Below are positions 59,521-64,000 of a stretch of DNA of 64,000 nt, piece by piece. The notes under the pieces were generated by a model. That model made no database searches and had not been told where the DNA came from. It saw nothing but the letters and a program-made list of their open reading frames with translations. The translations under genes were made by a program, and so were the position numbers. Within the stretch, counting starts at the first letter, position 1; every line of letters starts with the position of its first letter. Origin of the DNA: Deltaproteobacteria bacterium. Lineage in GTDB: Bacteria; Desulfobacterota; Desulfomonilia; UBA1062. The stretch spans positions 58,780 to 122,779 of the forward strand of contig JAKPPU010000034.1 of NCBI GenBank assembly GCA_029547185.1. The letters are read 5' to 3'.

Positions 59521-60141
59521 ATGGGCGAAGGATGCCGCCGCCTTTTCATTGCAGCCTGCCTGCTGTCGATCACGATGAGCGGGTGCGCGGCTTCTCAGCC
59601 CACGAGGTTCTATGTCCTCAGCGCGGCGGAGCGTCCGGCCGGGGCAGGGAAGGGACCCTGCACCGAAGCCGGCAGTGCCGCCATAGGGATCAGCCCCATT
59701 GGTCTTCCGAAATACCTTGACCGGCCCCAAATCATGACCAGGAAGAGCGAGAACGAGCTTCACCTCTCCGAGCTCAACGAGTGGGCCGAGCCTCTCGAAG
59801 ACGGCATTGCGGCTGTCATTGCCCAGGATTTGAGGTCTCTCCTGTGCGCCTGGGTGGAGACCTTTCCCTGGAGGCAGTCGGAGAAAATCGGATACCGGCT
59901 GACGGTTACGGTCGTCCGCCTCGACGGAGTGCCGGGGAAGCAGGCCGACCTCCACGCACTGTGGTCCATCACGGATGAGCAGGCGAAGAAGAAGATTTTT
60001 ACGAAAGAAACCCGGTATGCCGAGCCGGTGAGCTCGAATACGGAAGAAGCGCTCGTGTCGGCCTACAGCAGGCTCCTCGCATCGCTCAGCAGGGAGATCG
60101 CCGACGTCTTCACATCGAAGGGTCTCGTGCAGGTCAGATAG
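59521..60141 (+). CDS. PqiC/YmbA-like ABC-transport auxiliary lipoprotein (DUF330)
   Basis: Lipobox LLSITMSGCA followed by PTRFYVLSA, typical of the family. The ATG at 59521 is used; the track ORF starts at 59458. Confidence 0.75.
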   Translation: MGEGCRRLFIAACLLSITMSGCAASQPTRFYVLSAAERPAGAGKGPCTEAGSAAIGISPIGLPKYLDRPQIMTRKSENELHLSELNEWAEPLEDGIAAVIAQDLRSLLCAWVETFPWRQSEKIGYRLTVTVVRLDGVPGKQADLHALWSITDEQAKKKIFTKETRYAEPVSSNTEEALVSAYSRLLASLSREIADVFTSKGLVQVR

Positions 60142-60229
60142 CCGGAGAGGCACATGCCCGGATGGGATTCACGCCGTTTTTTCAGGTAAGCCCCTTGACA
60201 CGGAAAATCTGTGCAATAATTAGATAACC

Positions 60230-61681
60230 ATGGATTATTCCCTGCCAAATCAGAAGACGAAGATCGTGTGCACCATCGGCCCTGCCTCCCTGTCAAAGGA
60301 TGTCCTCAAACGCCTCATTGCCTCGGGCATGAGCGTGGCGAGGCTCAATTTCAGCCACGCCGGCCTCGATGCCCACAGAAAGAGCATCCGGACGATCAGG
60401 GAGGCTTCCTCGGAGACCGGCAGGAACATCGCCATACTGGCGGATCTTCCCGGGCCCAAGATCCGGATCGGCTCCATCAGGGGCGGCTCCTGCATCCTGA
60501 GGCAGGGAGACGACGTCGTGCTCACGACGCGAAGCGTCACGGGCACTTCCTCCCTCATCCCGGTTCAGTTCGGGGAATTTCCCGAATGCGTTCAGGCGGG
60601 GGAGAGGATATTCCTCAACGACGGGTTCATACAGCTCACGGTGGTCGGGAAGAAGGGCAGGGATATCATCTGCCGTGTCGACGTCGGGGGCAGGCTCCTT
60701 TCGAAAAAGGGGATGAACCTCCCTGATTCCCGGCTCACCCTGGATGCGGTCACGGAAAACGACCTCGCCCTCCTTTCCTTCGGCATCGAGGAGGGGGTCG
60801 ATCTCTTCGGGCTGTCCTTCGTGAGCAGGGCTCTCGACATTCGCAAGGCCAGGAGATTCGCGTCGAAGAAGGGCAGAGAGATCTTTGTCGTTGCAAAGAT
60901 AGAGCGCCGGGAGGCCCTCGACCATATCGAAGGGATCATTGCCGAGGCGGATGCAATCATGGTCGCCAGGGGAGATCTCGGTGTGGAGATCCCCATCGAG
61001 CAGGTCCCCGTCGTGCAGAAGCAGCTCATCATCCAGGCGAACCTCGCATCAAAGCCGGTCATCACCGCCACCCAGATGCTCGAGTCCATGATCTCGAACA
61101 CCCGGCCGACGCGGGCCGAGGCCACCGACGTCGCGAACGCCGTGTTCGACGGAACGGATGCGGTCATGCTCTCTGAAGAGACCGCCATCGGGAGCTACCC
61201 GGCCGAGGCCTGCGGCATGCTTTCGAAGATCGCGCAGGCTGCAGAGGCAAAGAGGGCCGCCGTCCCTTCGGGCATGATCGTGCCCGAAACCATCATCCGC
61301 TCGGTCGAGACTGCGAGCCGCTCGGTAGAGGATGTCCTGTCTCTGGACGTGGTGAGGTCGATCGGTTCCCTCGGCATCAACTCGGTGGTCGTACCCACGC
61401 GGGGCGGCAGCACTGCGAGAATGATATCGAGGTTCAAGAGCAATGCCTGGATCATTGCCCTGTGCAGGGATGAGCAGGCCCTCAAACATCTGTGCCTCTC
61501 CTATGGGGTCCATCCCCTCCTCAAGGGAGACATCTCGTCGGACGAGGCCATTGTCTCCTCCCTCCGGGGCAAAGGCCTCATAAGCAGCAGGGAGTCCGTG
61601 ATCCTGGTGAGGCAGGACCCGTGCGGGGGCCTCGGGAGCGCACACACCCTCAGGGTGATAACCCCCGGGCCCTCCGGATGA
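60230..61681 (+). CDS. pyk: pyruvate kinase
   Basis: 483 aa. KIVCTIGPAS, ARLNFSHA, MVARGDLGVEIP and the C-terminal regulatory domain. Confidence 0.95.
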   Translation: MDYSLPNQKTKIVCTIGPASLSKDVLKRLIASGMSVARLNFSHAGLDAHRKSIRTIREASSETGRNIAILADLPGPKIRIGSIRGGSCILRQGDDVVLTTRSVTGTSSLIPVQFGEFPECVQAGERIFLNDGFIQLTVVGKKGRDIICRVDVGGRLLSKKGMNLPDSRLTLDAVTENDLALLSFGIEEGVDLFGLSFVSRALDIRKARRFASKKGREIFVVAKIERREALDHIEGIIAEADAIMVARGDLGVEIPIEQVPVVQKQLIIQANLASKPVITATQMLESMISNTRPTRAEATDVANAVFDGTDAVMLSEETAIGSYPAEACGMLSKIAQAAEAKRAAVPSGMIVPETIIRSVETASRSVEDVLSLDVVRSIGSLGINSVVVPTRGGSTARMISRFKSNAWIIALCRDEQALKHLCLSYGVHPLLKGDISSDEAIVSSLRGKGLISSRESVILVRQDPCGGLGSAHTLRVITPGPSG

Positions 61682-61714
61682 GCCGTATTTTCCTTTGAAA
61701 TACCGGCTGTTTTT
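61682..61714 (+). terminator. intrinsic terminator after pyk
   Basis: GCCGTATTTT (61682-91) pairs with GAAATACCGGC (61697-707) with one bulged C, around a 5-nt loop. It is followed by TGTTTTTCT. Confidence 0.6.
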
Positions 61715-61774
61715 CTGTATATACATGTGGGGAAATGGAATGCTTCAAGGGCTTGTGCATAGAGGAGAGCTGCC

Positions 61775-62224
61775 ATGTCTGATGGATTGGATATACTCAT
61801 TATCGATGATGAGGTGAACGTCTGCGATGTCCTTTCCTCGCAGATCGAGAAGTTCTATACCTGGGGAGACGTCACGACGAGCACGGACGTGGATAAGGCG
61901 ATTTCCTACTGCCTGAGCCGGCCGGGCAGCGTCATGATCTTCGTTCTCGACGTCTTCGTCGGCCCGAGCAACGGGTTTACCTTCCTCGATGCGATTTCGG
62001 AGAAATATCCCAATGCCTGTCACGACACGATCATGATAACGGGCAACGCCAACGACGATGTCGTGGACATGTGCGTGGCCTCGGGCGTGAACCATCTCCT
62101 CGAGAAGCCGATCAAGCCGTATGCCCTGCAGCTTGCCATCCGGTCGATCGTCTCGAAGTACATCAAGTTCGCCAAGCTGCTCCTCAATAACCCCGAGTTC
62201 GCCGGGAGCATCGATAGGATCTGA
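61775..62224 (+). CDS. single-domain response regulator (CheY-like receiver)
   Basis: 149 aa. Acidic pocket IIDDE, the phospho-acceptor in FVLDVFV, a Thr in IMITG, and a Lys in LEKP. Confidence 0.85.
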   Translation: MSDGLDILIIDDEVNVCDVLSSQIEKFYTWGDVTTSTDVDKAISYCLSRPGSVMIFVLDVFVGPSNGFTFLDAISEKYPNACHDTIMITGNANDDVVDMCVASGVNHLLEKPIKPYALQLAIRSIVSKYIKFAKLLLNNPEFAGSIDRI

Positions 62225-62269
62225 CAGGACCGGGGATGCCTCGTGGGCGTTTCGCTTCCCTGGAATTCT

Positions 62270-62662
62270 TTACTGCGAGGTTTCCTGTCCGCAGATCTGC
62301 TGCCAGAGGTCGTAGTCCGATACCCTGGTGATGATCACGGCCATCTCCCTCAATCTGGAGTCAAAGCGGACCACATCGCCCCAGAGGGTGATGAGGGGTT
62401 TCGAGATCTTCACCCTGATGGACCGGCCTACGAGGGTGTGGGCCTGTGAAGGGGAGAACCGGTTCTCCGGATCGGCGGGAAGCGCCGCGAACTTCAGACA
62501 GAAGCCGCTCCAGCTGATGTCTTTCGTCTCGGCCATGAGCCTGATGCCCCTGTCCCTCCTGACCGATGACGATGCCGTTTGCGCGGGGGCCTCGATGTGG
62601 ATGCTGACCATGGCCTTGATTTTCTTCTGCCTTCGCGGGTATTCCCTCTCGATCGGCTCCAT
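62270..62662 (-). CDS. PilZ domain protein (first motif degenerate)
   Basis: 130 aa. DISWSG (DxSxxG) is present, but the N-terminal motif reads RRQKK rather than RxxxR. Confidence 0.7.
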   Translation of the reverse strand: MEPIEREYPRRQKKIKAMVSIHIEAPAQTASSSVRRDRGIRLMAETKDISWSGFCLKFAALPADPENRFSPSQAHTLVGRSIRVKISKPLITLWGDVVRFDSRLREMAVIITRVSDYDLWQQICGQETSQ

Positions 62663-62800
62663 GCTCCCACCCCCTCGATGGTCTTTTTCTCATTATACCC
62701 TGTTTTCGGAAATTTACAATTTTATGCTTCGGGCTAACATGAGCTTGAATGCCTTTGTTTTTTGTGGGTAAATAAATGCACATGTGATAAGGAGCATTCC

Positions 62801-63568
62801 ATGGAAGCAATGATAGCAATAACCATCTTCATCGTTCTCTTCGGAATGATCTGGTATCTCTCGAAGAGGTCGCAGGGAAAGGATGATGAATCCCTTCTGC
62901 ACAACATCAGGAGATCGGCAGAGGGCGGGGACCCGATCGCGCAGTTCAAGCTCGCGACCATGTATTACGAGGGCAGGGGGGTATCCCGCGACGATACAGA
63001 GGCCGCCATGTGGTACCTCAGGGCTGCCCAGCAGGAGCACGTCGAAGCGCAGTTCGTGCTCGGGGTCATGTACGAGAAGGGCGAGGGCGTCGAGAGGAAC
63101 GACGACAAAGCCTACAAATGGATATCCCTCGCCGCCCGCCAGGGGCATGCCCGGGCAAGGACAGTGCTCGAATCCGAAAAGTGGATCGACTACCAGGAAT
63201 CGATCCAGGGAAGCGCGATAAAGCAGGAAGATCCTGAGAAAATCCAGGAAGTGAGCCCGGAGCAGATAGCGGAATACATCCGCAAGGCGGATCAGGGGGA
63301 CGTCGACGCCCAGTACAACCTCGGGATCATCTACTACCACGGGGAAGGGGTGGCCAGGAACTTTGAGGAGGCATTGTCGTGGTTCCACAAGGCTGCCGAG
63401 CAGAACGATGCCGATGCCCAGTACAACCTGGGATTCATGTACGGCAGGGGGGAAGGCATCGAAAAAAGCCATGCACAGTCCGTTGCCTGGTTCAAGAGGG
63501 CTGCCGAACAGGGGCACAGAGGCGCTCAGGAAATCCTCGAAAAGATGGTGAGGAGATCCCAGCCTTAA
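62801..63568 (+). CDS. membrane-anchored Sel1-repeat (SLR) protein
   Basis: TM helix AITIFIVLFGMIWYL, then repeated units such as AQFKLATMYYEGRGVSRDDTEAAMWYLRAAQQ. The ATG at 62801 has AAGGAG upstream; the track ORF starts at a TTG at 62762. Confidence 0.85.
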   Translation: MEAMIAITIFIVLFGMIWYLSKRSQGKDDESLLHNIRRSAEGGDPIAQFKLATMYYEGRGVSRDDTEAAMWYLRAAQQEHVEAQFVLGVMYEKGEGVERNDDKAYKWISLAARQGHARARTVLESEKWIDYQESIQGSAIKQEDPEKIQEVSPEQIAEYIRKADQGDVDAQYNLGIIYYHGEGVARNFEEALSWFHKAAEQNDADAQYNLGFMYGRGEGIEKSHAQSVAWFKRAAEQGHRGAQEILEKMVRRSQP

Positions 63569-63638
63569 AGACGACACCTGAAGAAGCTCATCCTGACAAG
63601 AGAAGTCTCTCCGGAGCGGAGGCCGCCTCCATCTGATT

Positions 63639-64000
63639 ATGGGAAAGACCGCGAAAAAATTCTATGCCGTGCTCAGGGGCCGCAGGCCCGGGATATATGA
63701 CGCCTGGTCAGGTCCGGGAGGCGCTCAGGAGCAGGTCGAGGCGTTCCCGGGCGCCCTCTACAAGGGATTCGCGACCCGGGAGGATGCCTGTGAATATGCG
63801 GAATCGTCAGGCTTCCGCAGCCTCCCGGACTATACCCGAGGAGAGCGGACCGGTGGGACGGAGCCGCGGGCGGGTGAAGAACGGAGCGTCCCTGCTCCCG
63901 AGAGCGGCATCGTGATCTATGCCGACGGCGGAAGCATCAACAATCCCGGCCCGGGCGGCTATGGGGTCGTCATCCTGGAGAACGGATCGCGGAGGGAGCT
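63639..64000 (+). CDS. rnhA: ribonuclease HI with N-terminal hybrid-binding (RNase H1/viroplasmin-type) domain; 3' end off the window
   Basis: Not in the track because it is open to the window edge. My translation reads MGKTAKKFYAVLRGRRPGIYDAWSGPGGAQEQVEAFPGALYKGFATREDACEYA...IVIYADGGSINNPGPGGYGVVI. Confidence 0.8.
   Translation, partial: MGKTAKKFYAVLRGRRPGIYDAWSGPGGAQEQVEAFPGALYKGFATREDACEYAESSGFRSLPDYTRGERTGGTEPRAGEERSVPAPESGIVIYADGGSINNPGPGGYGVVILENGSRRE

Overview
This is a 64 kb, visibly G+C-rich chromosomal segment, densely coded on both strands and mostly housekeeping. Gene content (LL-DAP aminotransferase pathway, apgM next to hom, ilvBNC-psd-pssA-leuCD) suggests an anaerobic Desulfobacterota/Nitrospirota-like organism; that placement is inference only.

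Called blocks:
- apgM-hom, and the yfcE-like/HIT/lipA operon
- a nucleotide-sugar dehydrogenase
- murI coupled to an EF-G paralog
- a five-gene secretin/ATPase module (GspC-like, ExeA/MshM-like, TPR, GspD, GspE), followed by radA
- IHF/HU, ferredoxin and YkgJ
- an ADP-forming acyl-CoA synthetase alpha subunit, a HAD hydrolase and a GGDEF cyclase
- ArsR, DUF554 and an isochorismatase-family hydrolase
- rpsB-tsf-pyrH-frr
- a tandem-RHH protein, a HEAT membrane protein and Mrp/ApbC
- a very large GH13-like protein
- an AT-rich single-gene glycosyltransferase island
- guaA plus a PurF-like gene, and dapL-dapF
- PilZ, HDAC-like, cNMP-binding, PAS histidine kinase and MBL genes
- ilvBNC-psd-pssA-leuCD, an Asd-like gene, ecfT, a pqiB remnant and pqiC
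- pyk, a response regulator, a second PilZ, a Sel1 protein and a partial RNase H

I found no rRNA, tRNA, CRISPR array, transposase or integrase. I also found no convincing multi-gene novel system such as a defence island.

The best-supported anomalies come from reading the sequence directly:
1. A perfect 23-bp tandem duplication frameshifts a vanadium-haloperoxidase/PAP2-like gene.
2. An Asd paralog has lost its catalytic Cys and has altered cofactor motifs.
3. A PurF-like amidotransferase has no N-terminal Cys nucleophile.
4. A low-GC glycosyltransferase insertion sits next to a possibly frameshifted small ORF.
5. The secretin-ATPase module is compact and lacks platform and pseudopilin genes.
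6. A 5'-truncated pqiB remnant sits beside an intact pqiC.

Many long ORFs in the track are antisense shadows typical of high-GC DNA and were rejected.
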